Below, one piece after another: positions 13,035 to 26,434 of a stretch of DNA of 64,000 bases; position 1 is the stretch's first letter; each line of letters starts with the position of its first letter. Under the pieces are notes generated by a model that saw only the letters and a program-made list of their open reading frames with translations, did not search any database and was not told the DNA's origin. Made by a program: the position numbers and the translations under genes. Source of the DNA: Antedon mediterranea (lineage: Eukaryota > Animalia > Echinodermata); the NCBI RefSeq assembly GCF_964355755.1, contig NC_092671.1, forward strand, positions 22,890,070 through 22,954,069, read 5' to 3'.

Positions 13035-14212
13035 GGTTGATGTGGTAATTCACAGACACCAGGCTACCACAATACAGAACTCCCTGCCGTTACATGTACA
13101 TTATAAGCCACCGATTCGCAAGTTCAGGTCACCGGAAAAAAACCAACGAGTTGATTATTGATATATAATTTTACAAAACAATAGATATACATTCGCATTA
13201 ACGAAAAAGAACATTTTAAACAATAATTGTTAAACAATCAGAAAGCTTATTTGAGGTCGCGATTTGACATGATCCCGTTAACGCTTGATTAATTATACCC
13301 AGAGGCAGCGTGTAATTGGAATGGGATTGAAATAACCAGTAAAGTTGGTGGATTTTTCGTCCAGATGGTTTTCTAATTTTTTATAGCCAGAGGCGTAAGT
13401 TAATTGCCACACGCGACCTCACAGTTGGAAGTACACGGTAGTTTCAGTCCCGTCCGAACGGGCCCTTTGTTTAATTCACTCCACTAATCAATTTTAATGA
13501 GGTCAGACTGCAGGGAACCGATTTTATTATCAATCAAATTGATGGCACAGAAATTAATGGTGTCATCAGAAAATAAAAGCTCTGTACTTGGTAAATTTGA
13601 TATATATCATTAATAAGGGATTATAGAATACAGAAACTCTATTGGTCTTGCATATAAACATCATACAAGAAATAATTGTTCATGCGATTCAGCTTTTATG
13701 GTTGTTTGTAACTTATTTAATACTGGATCTTCATACCTGTATATCTAGTGACACTTTAGACCTAGGACAATATATACAAGGCACTTTATTATGTTTAAAG
13801 TGAGCGCAATTGGTCTACCGTAGATTTGATAATGATGGGTTTCGGATTTTGAAGGGCCATGATTTTTTTCAAAGTATCCACTCATTCTGGAATGCAACCT
13901 TCATTCATTAGCAGAGTATATAAGTATATAAGTGTAAGGATGTGGACGACAACACAAAAGGAAAAACACGCCTTTTCTAACTTTTACCACGGCGCCTAAA
14001 ATTTTCAAAATTTATTTTCGATGAAATTAGAGTACGTTTCAGGCAATTTCAAGCATTCAAAAATTGCTGTGAGTATGCGCACTGCGCGTTAATATGCTTT
14101 CTGTTTTACAACCTTTCTTTAATAATTACCTCATATTTCATTCACTTTTAAACTCCAAATTGCATTATACGAGCATGTCAAAAGTGAAAGGCTATGCACG
14201 TGTAAATTAACA

Positions 14213-14567
14213 GAATGGTGAAAATATGCTAAATTTTAAAATTAGATCGTCAGAATGCTCGGGAAATGTATGTATCATATGTATGATTTATTATGAAATT
14301 AAGAGAAAAAAAGTTGATTATGTCATCATTAATAGCATATCAAATATCAAAATTTTTATTTCGAAAATCAAACAAAGTATGACATTTTCTTGGCCGAAAT
14401 AACAAACTTAACATTAACCTCCTTCTTTAAAATGTTAATCATATTAATTTTAAAAGTATATACTTTGACAGTGCATCATTTTTTTAAATGTTTAAAGATG
14501 TCATTATAGTAAAACATTATGATTGATTCATTGTGGTATGTAATAATCTATCTGCACCAAAGTGGTT
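14213..14567 (+). repeat. Dispersed repeat, second copy at 32842-33203
   Basis: Both copies run from GAATGGTGAAAATATGCTAAATTT to GTAATAATCTATCTGCACCAAAGTGGTT and stop matching at the same point. Class unknown. Confidence 0.8.
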
Positions 14568-15494
14568 ACTGCATAGTAAATACATGGAGGAATCTTTCTT
14601 TAACTTTAAGTCAGTTGTGTATGGCTCGGTGGTCAGCACTCTCGTCTATAGCATTGAAGGTACCAAAATCGAGTCTCACTTTGGAAAACGAAATGAAATT
14701 AGATTATTTTAGATTATACAAATGATTTAAGATTTATAATGAAATCTAGCAATCTTTATGTAACAAAATTGAAGGTTTATGACATTTAATACGCAGATAG
14801 ATACCTATAAAAACATCGCAGTATCCAGTAAAATCCTGCAGAATTTCAGGCGGTATTCCCGGTCGAGAATCACAGAAAAATCGGGATATGTTCTGGATTT
14901 CCAACCGAGAAACCAGCAAAATTGTGTTCAGGTTTGGGCAGATATTCCCGGTTTGTACCGAGATCCCAATAAAAAATATCTTGAGTTTTTGGCAAAATTT
15001 TATTTGGGATAATGCGCAAACATGAACAGGATTTTTAACCGGGATATCGATCGGAATCCCACCACCAATCCTGCTGATGACCAGGATTTGTTTAAAGTTA
15101 AATTCAGATGGGATTTAAAGGGGGATTCTGGGTTTAAAATTGCTTTTAAATATCATTTATTTATTAAATAACAAACATTATAACAATATGGACATGTCAG
15201 AATAAAGAATAACGAGAAATTAAACAAATTAAATTCATGTAAAGTCTGTTTTTCAGCAGCTTAGGGAAGCTCATTAATATTCATGAGATATTCTCAAAAT
15301 CACATCATCAGTAGATTCCAAACTCGCGACGACATGTGTACGTTGTGTTTGTCAACTAATTTACATCTCTCTCCTCTGTCAAACAACAATCATTGTGAAA
15401 TACATTTTTTTATAGATTTTCTAAGCTAGGCCTAAAGTGCAATAATAACAGTAGCATATATTTATTTGACATTAAATGAAATACAAAATTTAGT

Positions 15495-16322
15495 ACAGAT
15501 CATGGAGTCATGGATCATGGTGTGCCGCAGGGTTCGATTTTGGGGCCACTGCTTTTATCATTTACACAAGTGATTTACAAAATTGTATTCCTAAAAACTT
15601 CCTAAAAAGTTATTCATGTACGCTGACGATTCAACCTTGACATGTAGTTTACCAACCATAGACGAAATTGAAACAAATTTAAATATAGTATTAGATATAG
15701 TACACAATTAGGCAAACAGAAACAAACTCACTATAAATGCAAACAAAACTAAATCAATGCTCATCGGATTGAAAAAGAAAACATCTACTAACAACCTTAA
15801 TCTAAAAATTGCAAACAATTCAGTTGAAAGGGTAAAATCCTTTAAATGCTTAGGTGTCATAATTGACGAAACGTTAAGTTGGTCACCGCATGTCGAGTAC
15901 GTGAACAAAACATTTTCTTCTAAACTAGGCATGCTAAATCGGATTCGCGACTGTATCCCACAATGTTGCATGAACACACTATTCACTAGTCTAGTAAGGC
16001 CGTCATTAGACTATTGTTGTACAGTATGGGGTGGCAGGTATGCCAAATATATGACTGATATATTTACACCCTAATATCCCAGTCACGTGTAACGAGGCAG
16101 TCCACATTGTTGAAGTTAAAGATTCCTTTTGCGAGAAATGAATGTTTCTCCACAAGTTTTAGTGTTGTTGGTGCAACCCTGTGGAATAGCGTCGAAGAGG
16201 AGTTAAGAACCATCACATCCATAGGGTTATTTAAATCAGAACTTCATAGGAAGTATATTCAGCAAAATGCTATTTGGGCTTACCCTGGGTAAACAAAGTA
16301 ATAATAATAATAATAATAATAA
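15495..16322 (+). mobile_element. 5'-truncated, degraded CR1/L2-group LINE (RT C-terminal half)
   Basis: GVPQGSILGPLL at about 15518, MYADDS at about 15616, NKLTINANKTK, FKCLGVIIDETLSW, LVRPSLDYCCTVWG, SFSVVGATLWNS, and a (TAA)n tail at 16299-16322. Confidence 0.9.
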
Positions 16323-16840
16323 ATTATACTATTTTTATACCTCTATATTACAGATCGTATTATCGGCTTCACGTACTAGGCCTAGCTAGGCCCCTAGCCT
16401 AAATCATTTTTTTATGGGTGAGAGCCATTCTGACTAGGGATTCCATGCCACGATGGCTACATTAAAACATTGGGGCCCATGGGCCTAGCTAGCCTATTAG
16501 ATGATTGGCCCATAAATAACAAAACTTAGTGGATTCCAAACTCATCCTATCTAAACAATATAAAACGTTATACAAAATCGGCTGTAAATATTGAGGCAAA
16601 ACAAGAAGGTCCGATCGCCGTCCACACGTATGGTGTCCCACCGATCGTCTAGCCTAGGCTAGGCCTAAAATAGTTTAGTTTCCAAAAAAGCGGATACTGA
16701 ATCAAGCAAGTAGGAAGGAGGCCTAGCCGATCCGGCCCAGTTAAAAATTGAGCTAGCTAGTGTAGTAGACCCTATGCGAATTGATACCATCAAGCCTTTT
16801 ACTATAGGCTACACTTGTTAAAATTAGCAATAGTCCAAGG

Positions 16841-17578
16841 CCCTGTTTCTGCTGCCAAGAAAATGCCGTATTTAATACGGTATTTTTTGAATACCGTATT
16901 TATACCGTATTTTTTTGGCAGCAGAAACTGCGCTCATACAAAAAATACCGTATTTTCCCCACAAAATTTGTGGATAAAATACGGTATTTACAAATTTATA
17001 CCGTATTTTTTGTACCCATTTCTGCTGCCAATAAAAAATACGGTATTTTTGTTGACCTGCCACATGAGGTCAACATCGTTGTTTTATTTTCTGTCGCTGT
17101 CAGCTGTTTTACACACGTGTATAATAGATATATTCGGCGAAAATGTGGAGCGAAGATGTCACAGTATTTACTATATAAATCTGTGTAGGGAGGAAGGGGG
17201 GAGGGGAAGCTAAAATGTCAGGCCAACTAAAAGATAATAAAAGGGACAACCACATTTATAAAGACATTTCTAAAAATAAAGCAGGAGTACGGAATAGACT
17301 TGTCTCCAAAGCAAGTAAACTCAAAGCTGAAGAGCCTGCGAAAGCAGTAACATTGCAAAAGACAATAACTCGGAGAGGAAACGAATTACTTGTCCCCATT
17401 ACGATGTTTTCTGTGCTCTCACAACATCTGTGTCAATAGGGATAGGCTGTTGAAAGTGAGGCGTAAAACTTCCTTTATTGCGACTTTTAATTATCGACCA
17501 AATAAATGAATGGCAATTTGGGTAAAAATGATGATATTTAACACGATCACCCAAGAAGTATTGTTAGCAGAAACGGGG
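16841..17578. mobile_element. Putative non-autonomous TIR element with subterminal ATACCGTATT repeats
   Basis: Ends CCCTGTTTCTGCT / AGCAGAAACGGGG. Many direct and inverted ATACCGTATT/AATACGGTAT motifs at 16860-17050 form hairpins. TSD not established. Confidence 0.5.
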
Positions 17579-17964
17579 TACTAAAAAATAAAAATCCCAG
17601 GTATAAATGTATAAATACGGTATAAAGATTTTATTATATATTGATTAAAACCTCACCTAATCTTTGAGGCTATTATAAGTTTTAAAGTAAAGTAGATTCA
17701 ATTAGGCATTTCAACTAATAATGATAACATTGACCGGAAGATTTATTGATGATATTGCTAGATTTATGGCATTTTATTGTTTAGAATGTTTATTGTATTC
17801 TTTTATAGTTTACACGTTGGAATAAAGTTTGGGAACTATCGCTCTGACATTTGGCCTTTATTTTGTTTCGACGAGTTGAACTGACTGGTGAAAATTGTGT
17901 TACTGCTGACGCTATATACGACCCGACTGGAAACGCTAGGCTACACGCAAACAGCAACCAGTAC

Positions 17965-20900
17965 AGTATGGCCACACGAATGTAAAATATAGGATTTTTT
18001 ACTCTTTCGTTATTGATCATCACATTAAATAGAGCGCATCTCGCTTATATGTATTCCACTTCCTCAGATATTTTAATACTTTCTAGGTCAATCAACTATC
18101 TTTCGCATGAGTTAAAAATATTTTAATTTTTATGACGTCATGATGTCTAAAAATGTAAATAACGTGGTTCATCTATTTTCATTTTTACAGTAAATTTCAG
18201 TCTGATATAGCTCGTCAGAATAAAAAGTGATAATCATGATTAAAACGTTTTCTGGAAGCTATTGGATTGTAGATACGAATTCATGTGAATATTTTGCCAA
18301 TCAGATGTTGTGACGTCATCATATGGCCAGTTGAATTCAAAAAGTAATATTTTCATTCCTTGTGTAAAAGTTCATTGCGTTTAAACGAGAGCGCATCTGT
18401 CTTTTACGTGCCCAGAATTCTTCAAATTTGTGTTAATGTAATTAATTAGATAATTATCTTCTAAAATTGTTATTTTTTATATGTCAATTTGATGACGTCA
18501 TTGTATTAATAATTGGATTTAAAAGATGGGTCTCGTAATTTCGTCTATGCTACTGTATAACATATACAGTGTATTCTGTAAATACTGTAATATGATGTAT
18601 GCTACAAAATAGGTACAATTCAGCACTGTAAACACGTTTATTTCATGTCATAGGATGGCATATTAATTGTCGAGGTTCATATAGTTTAAAGTATGTGCAT
18701 GTTGCGTTTGCGCGGATAACCCTGAACTCGTGACGAGTTCAAATCTAGTTCTTCTTCTTCTTCTTTCTGTACACTTTTTGTGTAACAAATATCTCAAAAA
18801 GTTAAATGTCAATGATTACCAAAATTTCACAATGTCTTTCAAATACTGTAACTTAGTCCTAATAAGCTTTTCAGCGTGATCACTCATCCGTGACGTCACG
18901 TATACGCCATTTTGTGAAATCACATTATCAATCATATCTCAATAATTCATTATCACGTATTAATGAAATGCACTACACGTAAACTTCAGGTCAAGATAAA
19001 AAATATTAGCAAATAAAAACTTGCACGTTTCAAGTTCATGCGCATGAAATTGCGCGTTAAAAATTTAAAAAGCTCAAAATTAAGTTTTGATCAATTTAGA
19101 GCATAATTAGGTGATCATTTAGATGATCACCTATTGTTATTGTATGAAATCTTATTTTTTGGTTATCCGCAACGAAGTTGCAGGATAACCTCTTGTGATT
19201 GTACGAAATCATCATCATCATCATCAACTTTTTATTCATCTTCTTTCTTTCTGTATGATTTTTGTGTAACGCTTTTCTCTAAAACTCCAAACATAACATT
19301 TCGGTAACTATCTTAACATATTGACATTTACGTAACGTCGTCAAGCGAAGCTTTTCATGACGTTTACAATTGCGCAACGTGACTTACGCGCGATTTAACG
19401 ATTTTGTCGTATTTAACATAGCTCGACAACCAAATAACATTTCAACTTGAAACTTTGCAAAAGTTTAATTTATATCATGCGCTAACTTTCTGTTGAAAAA
19501 AAATTGCGTGTTTTACACAAAGTTACGCGCGCACGCGCATTTAAAATTTCAAAATGCGCAAAATTAATTTAAAATCAACTTTCTACGCGTTTTATGTTGT
19601 TTTAAGCATGTCAAAAATTCCCACGCGTGCGCACATTTTTACGTGTGCGGTACGCACGTAGCATTGAAAACGTATTTTTTTCGCGTGATTTATATTTTTC
19701 CAGCCTTTTCTAGTAATTTTACCAAATTTTAAACAATTTCGACTTAAAGATACCTCATACGAGCACGTCGAATTGGACAATTTGCGCCCGTTTTTTATGA
19801 AAAGGTTAAAAAATTCGTTTAAAATATGCCTTTTTTTAAACAGTCGTAATTTCTAAACTAGACGGTCAACTTTTTGTGGATGGCATATTCTGGAAGTAGA
19901 TGAGTTGTAGATATCGGATCAGGTATTAATATGGCTAACCGGACATTGTGACGTCATCGTATGGCCACACGAATATAACATTTAGGATTTTTGTATCTTT
20001 CGTCATAGCTCATCACATTGAATAGAGCGCATCTCCACTTATCCGTTTTCCATTTTAACCCCGATTTTGATATTGTCTAGGTCAATCAAGTATCTTTCGC
20101 ATGAGTTAAAAATATTTTAATTTTTTTGACGTCATCATGCCTAAAAATTTAAATCACGTGTGGCATTAATTTCATCTTTACAGTAAATTTTAATCTGTTA
20201 TAGCTCGTAAGAATAAAATGTGATAATCACGATTAAAACTTTTTCTGGAAGCTATTGGATTTTAGATACGAAATTATGTAAAAATGTTGCCAATCGGATG
20301 TTGTGACGTCATCATATGGCCAGTTAAATAAAAAAGGTCGTATTTTCATCTTTTGCGTCATAATTCATTACATTTAAAAGAGCGCGCATCAATATTTCAC
20401 GTATTCAAATTTCTTCTACACGCTAATGCGTTGTTGCTGAGATAATTTCCTTTCGGAATTGCTACCTTCGCGTTTCATTTTAAAACCGTCAACATGTTAA
20501 AAATTGCAATAAATAGCGGGTCCCGTAATTTCACCTATTCTACACTGTATGTGATATGGATACAGATACTGTGTATACTATATATGAATTTAAATAATAA
20601 AATTCAGCAATAACAACATATCATATTCTTCAGTTCAGGTCATAATGCCAACGTGAACACTTCCTTTTGTCCTCAACCTATCCCCTTAATGTTAATGTTG
20701 CACCACTTGCGCGGCGGATAACCAAACTCGTCAAAGTGACGAGTTACATGTCTAGTCTTTTATTGTTTCTGTACACTATTTTGTGTAACAATTATCTCAA
20801 AAAGTTTAATGTCAATGATTACCAAAATTTCAGAATATGTTTGAAATAATACAACTTAATCCTAATAAGCTTTCCAGCGTGATCCCTCATCCGTGACGTC

Positions 20901-23829
20901 ATTTATACGCCATTTTGTGAAATCACATTATCAATCATATCTCCATAATTCATTATCACATGTTAATGAAAATTCACTACACGTAAACTTCAGGTCAAGG
21001 GTAAAAATATTAGCAAATAAAAAGTTGCGCGTTTCAAGGTCATGCACGTGAAATCGCGCGTTAAAAATTTAAAAAGCTCAAAATTAAGTTTTGATCAATT
21101 TAGAGCATGAATTAGGCCATTTGCGCGTTTCAAAAAATTACTGCGCAAAAAACACGTTTTTGCGCACGCGATTCTTAGAAAGCGTAACAAATAAAATTTG
21201 ATGTATAAATCACATTCTACTCACAATTCTTAATACATTCACCGATTTTGAGTCCATTACGACTTAAAATAATGCTATACGAGCACGTTAAAAATGACAA
21301 AATGCGCACATTAATTTCACAAAAGTTCTGAAAATGGTGAAAAATATGCCTTTTTTAAAATGAAAATAACTCTTCAGAATGCAAGATGACCCCCAATTTT
21401 TTTAACTTATTCTGGAAGCCATTGAGTTGTAGATATGAATTCATGTACACATTTGACGTATAAAATGTTGTGACGTCATCAAATGGCCACTCGATTTTAA
21501 AATTAAGTTTTTTTCTCTTTCGTCATATAATTATCACATTCAATAGAACGCATCTCTGTTATTTTGTGTCCGATTTTCGCTCAAATTTTAGTATGTGATT
21601 TCTAAATTAATTGGCTTTCTCATGACTTGCCACTATTTTCAATTTGATGACGTCATCACGCGTAAAACCTTCAATAACGTAGGTCGTGTAATTTCAACTT
21701 CGCCGTAAATTTAAATATCTTACAGCTCTTCAGAATTGAAAGTTACCTTGATTATTATAATTTATTATGAAAGCTGATGAAATGTAGATATGAATTCATA
21801 TAAAAATCAAGCCTATCGAATGTTGTGACGTTAACATATGGCCAGATGAAGTTAAAAAGTTGTTTTTTCATCTTTTTCGTCAAAGTTATGTAAATTTCAA
21901 AGAGCGCGCTTCTACGTGCCAGATTTTCTTCCAATTCTTATATTTATTTGCTCAATTCCTAATCTTTCGAAATTGCCATCTTTGAATTTATTTTGATAAT
22001 TCCATCATACCAAAAAATTAGAACATGATGTGTCCCGTAATTTCACCTATGCTACACTGTATATACAGTATATACTGTACATATTGTATATGGCATATAA
22101 TAGGCACAACTCAGCACTATAAGCATATATAATAGGATGGTATACATCAACATTACATGATCGTACGTGCATGTTTAAAAAAAAATTAATTTCAGTAAAA
22201 TGATAAAAATGATCACCTATAATTCGTCAAAGTGACGAATTAAATTCTAGTTAGGTGATCATTTAGAATAAAATGATCACCTATTGTTATTGTATGAAAT
22301 CTTTATTCTTCTTTATTTCTCTCTGTACAGATTTTGTGTAACAATTATCTCAAAAAGTTGAATGTTGAAGATGACAACATTTTCACAATATCTTTCAAAT
22401 ACTGTAACTTAATCCTAATAAGCTTTTCAGCGTGATCACTCAACCGTGACGTCATTTATACGCCATTTTGTTAAATCACATTATCAATCATATCGCCATA
22501 ACTCTTTATCACATATCAATAAAATTCACTATATGTAAACTTCAGATAAAAGGTAAAAATATTAACCAATAAAAGGCACGCGCACGTAGGGTCATACGTG
22601 TGAAATCGCGCGTTAAAAATTTAGAAAGCTCAAAATTAAGTTTTGATCAATTTAGAGCATGAATTAGGCCATTTGCGTGTTTCATAAAATTACTGCGCAA
22701 AAATGCGTTTTTGCGCGCGCAATTCTTAAAAAGCGTAAAAATACGAATTTTTTGTAGAAATCGCATTCTACTCACCATCCTTAGTACATTCATCAAATTT
22801 GAGTCCGTTCCGACTTAAAATAACGCTATACGAGCATGTTAAAAATGACAAAGTGCGCACATTTAATTGCATAAAAGTGCTGAAAATGATGAAAAATAAG
22901 GCATTTTTAAAATGAAAATAATTCTTCAGAATGCACAATGACCCCCAGTTTTTTTAAATTATTCTGGAACCCATTGAGTTGTAGATATGAATTCATGTAC
23001 ACATTTGACGTACAAAATGTTTTGACGTCACCAAATGGCCATTCGAATTTAAAAATGTGTTTTTTTTCTCTTTCGTCATAGATTATCACATTCAACGGAG
23101 CGCATCTCGGTTATTTTGTGCCCAATTTTCGCTCAATTTTTAGTATATGATTGCTCATTTAATTATCTTTCTCATGAGTTGTCAACATTTTCATTTTGAT
23201 GACGTCATCACGCGTAAAAACTTGAATAATGTGGGTCAAGTAATTTCACCTTCAGCGTATATTTGAATATCTCACAGCTCTTCAGAATTAAAGGTGACCT
23301 TAATAATTTTAATTCATTGTGACAGCTGATGAAATGTAGATGTGAATTCACATAAAAATTAAGCCTATTGGATGTTGTGACGTTGTGATATGGCCAGTTG
23401 AATTTAAAAAGTAGTTTTTTCATCTTTTTCGTCAAAGTTATACAAATTTCAAAGAATTTGTACGTGCCAAATTCTCTTCTAATTCTTATATTTATTTGCT
23501 CAATTCATTATCTTTCGAAATTGTCATCTTCGAGTTTATTTTGATAATTCCATCATTCCAAAAAATTAGAACATGATGTGGGTCCTGTAATTTCACCTAT
23601 GCTACACTGTATATAGATATACAGTATATACTGTACATATTGTATATCACACATACGGTAATAGGTACAACTCAGCACTATTAGCGTATATGCATCATGT
23701 CATAGGATGGCGTACATCAACTTTTTACGATCGTATGTTAACGTACGTGCATGTTTAAAAAGTGGTAATTTCATTAAAATGATAAAAATGATCACCTATA
23801 ATTCGTCAAAGTGACGAATTAAATTCTAG
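17965..23829 (+). mobile_element. Cluster of nested and head-to-tail HINE/DINE-1-like non-autonomous Helentrons (two subTIR types)
   Basis: 3' ends (subTIR + hairpin + CTAG + T) at 18748, 20755, 22250 and 23829. Type-1 5' ends TTAGGTGATCATTT..ATGATCACCTA at 19107 and 22251. Type-2 5' end TTGGTTATCCGC..GGATAACC at about 19159, followed by (ATC)n. Internal repeats of about 350 bp. Confidence 0.85.
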
Positions 23830-25992
23830 TTTTTTACTTAAAATTGTATGTACAGTAGGCCTAAATAGTTCAGTATGTTGTATTGTCCCTAGAAAAAAGG
23901 TATTTAAAGTTATTTCTGTAAAACTACAGCGTTTGGTCAGTAAAATATGTTTTAGGTAGATTCCAACCATATTATATTACGTTGGCTTATATAATAAGAA
24001 TTATTAATGGTAATGGTCACCAATCTTCATTGATGGGATATATTTTCAATTGTTTTGTGTTAGTTCGATTTAAAGTTAAACTTTATTCAATTAAACATGT
24101 TGTTTTGTGGGGTTTTTTTTTGTTGTTGGTGGTATCTACAATATCTAAGGTAGGCTCCCATTTTCATTAACTTCAAGTGACCCCCAACACACTTAAATAG
24201 TCAGATATTGGTACCTAGCTCATCTAACCAAATGTCTCTGGGATGCCTGTCGATAAGGAATAGAAGGATATGCATCAGTTTGAGATCAAAACTTCCATGA
24301 CTCTAACCGACAGAGCATGGATCGCCCACAATGTTACAAAATAAACAGTTTAATTAACCATAGTTAACAACAAAAGTCGCGTGCCTAATATATTGTTTAC
24401 TGCACATGCTCAACAACCTTTAACCTTGTTGGCTATGCTTTCGCGCGCTTTAATCTTGGTGGCATGATTAATATTTTATATTTTTAGCGCTAGCTGCTAT
24501 GGCGACAAACAAAACTTTGATGCAACAAATTTACCGTACTTATGACTTTTCTGAATTCTAATTAAATGATCTCCCACAAGTATTACAAGATTATTAATAA
24601 ATGTAATTACAAGATTAAATACGAATTGTTTGTAAATTTTAGTACCCTTTGGGTTTAAAAAACATTAATTCAAAATCTGCCGCAATTGATATACGCTAAT
24701 GTTTTTATGACCTTAAAGTAGCATTTTATGACCTGTAGTAGCCCTACATCCGAGACAACTAGTTGTTTCAGCCTACATGTAAAATTACAGCAAGGATACT
24801 AGGCCCAAGCCTTTTAGGCTTACGGTACTAGAAAACCCTATGATTTGCCGACATTGACATAGGCCTAGGTAGGACTATTGGTAGGCTAAACTTAAATGTA
24901 GTAGCTACAACGTGTAATCATGATATGTATACTCATCGTCAAATGCATAATTTAATATTCTATAGATTAACGCAATTTTTATGACGGTGGCAGGCCAATA
25001 TGATAATTCAAATATAAAAATTGCAACTACTTAAAATTACCGGCCGTAAGAAAGTGAACCTTTCGTAGTCTAATTGTGATGAAATTAAAACAGAATTGTT
25101 CAGCAAAATATTGTTGTCAATCATCAATGCTGACATGTCATAGAACAATCAGACTTGTTCTAAAAAAATGTAACAGTGGATTCGCAGAGTTCTATAGAGG
25201 GCCGCGGTTAGAGACACACATGAGCGTGTTTGTTTGATTGGCAGCAGTGCTTTAGTATAGGCAAGCGCATTGGAAAATCATTTCATTTCATGTCACTGTC
25301 GATGCATATCTTTCTATTTCTTAATCCATGGCCATTCAGAATGTTAAAAAGAAAATAAAAACAAAGTATTTGACTTTTAGGCCTGGTTCACACTAGCGGA
25401 CTGTAATCTAGATCATGAGATATACCATTAGCCTACCTATTTGCAGCTTACGTGAGAATGCCCGATTCGATATGGCTTGACCGATCAAGATAGGCTATCC
25501 AGATCACGAACGCTAACAGTTAGAGATTTTACCTTGATTTCGTTAATAGCCAATCAGGGTTAAATTTTCACATGCGGAGAAAACGGCCATTGTGTGTTAA
25601 TTATTCAGATTGCCAGGCATAGGCAGACAAAACTTTGTTCTATCAAGGGAAATTTATTTGTGTGAGTTTGTGAACATAACCTTAATCTGCTTTTGTTTTG
25701 AATTTCGTTGTAACACAAGTAGTTATAATTGTCTGCCTTTGGAAATATTCCTGATTATGATCAAACAAAGATCGAAACATCGAATCATGGCTTAATTCCC
25801 TCTCATTATTTTTAGTAAATAGCAAATAATATACAGCAATAATTAGATAATGAAATAATTAAACCATATCCTAGTGTTTTCATATACATTTTTTAAATAT
25901 ACATATAAATGGTCATAAAAAAATAACATAGATTCTAATTTGTTGATTTAGAATAAAGGCAAGTGTGAGTGTATAATAAAATGGAATCATAC

Positions 25993-26067
25993 CATGAGTC
26001 TTTTGTTGAACAAGTTCCATCAGTTGCTGATTTGCGCCTCAATACAATTCTAGTTTCACTTTCCGTT
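25993..26067 (-). CDS. SETDB1: Probable SETDB1 insertion-region exon (75 nt, phase 2 to 2)
   Basis: Acceptor ttgtctcttTAAG|AACGG and donor CATG|GTATGA. Open frame (Q)TESETRIVLRRKSATDGTCSTKDS(W) joins the 33266 and 12322 exons in frame. The AAG acceptor is a weaker type. Confidence 0.6.
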
Positions 26068-26434
26068 CTTAAAGAGACAACACAAAAAGTAGTATTAACC
26101 AAATTGTATTAGTGTTAGTAGTTTAAAGACACTTTCCCTAAGTTTTTTTATCTGATTTAAGGGCAAAAAATGCATTTTATGTAAAAATAAATATGGGCCT
26201 ATTACGATAATCTTTAAAATGGTAAAAAATAATTGATTCCAATAATTTAGGTGGCCAGCTATAAATACCAGTGCATTGGGTGCAGATTGATATTATATAC
26301 ATTTTGCTTCTGTTATTCACCCACTTTCGATCGCGTGTGGAGGCAACAGAACAAGCAGCGTAAACAAACATTCAAGTGCAAAATATTTTGTCGACAACAT
26401 GGACCAAGAAAATAATGAATTAATAATTGAAGAT

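Noticed and set aside
25378-25560. Harbinger-like MITE end (TTAGGCCTGGTTCACACT)
   Set aside because: No matching second TIR or TSD located.
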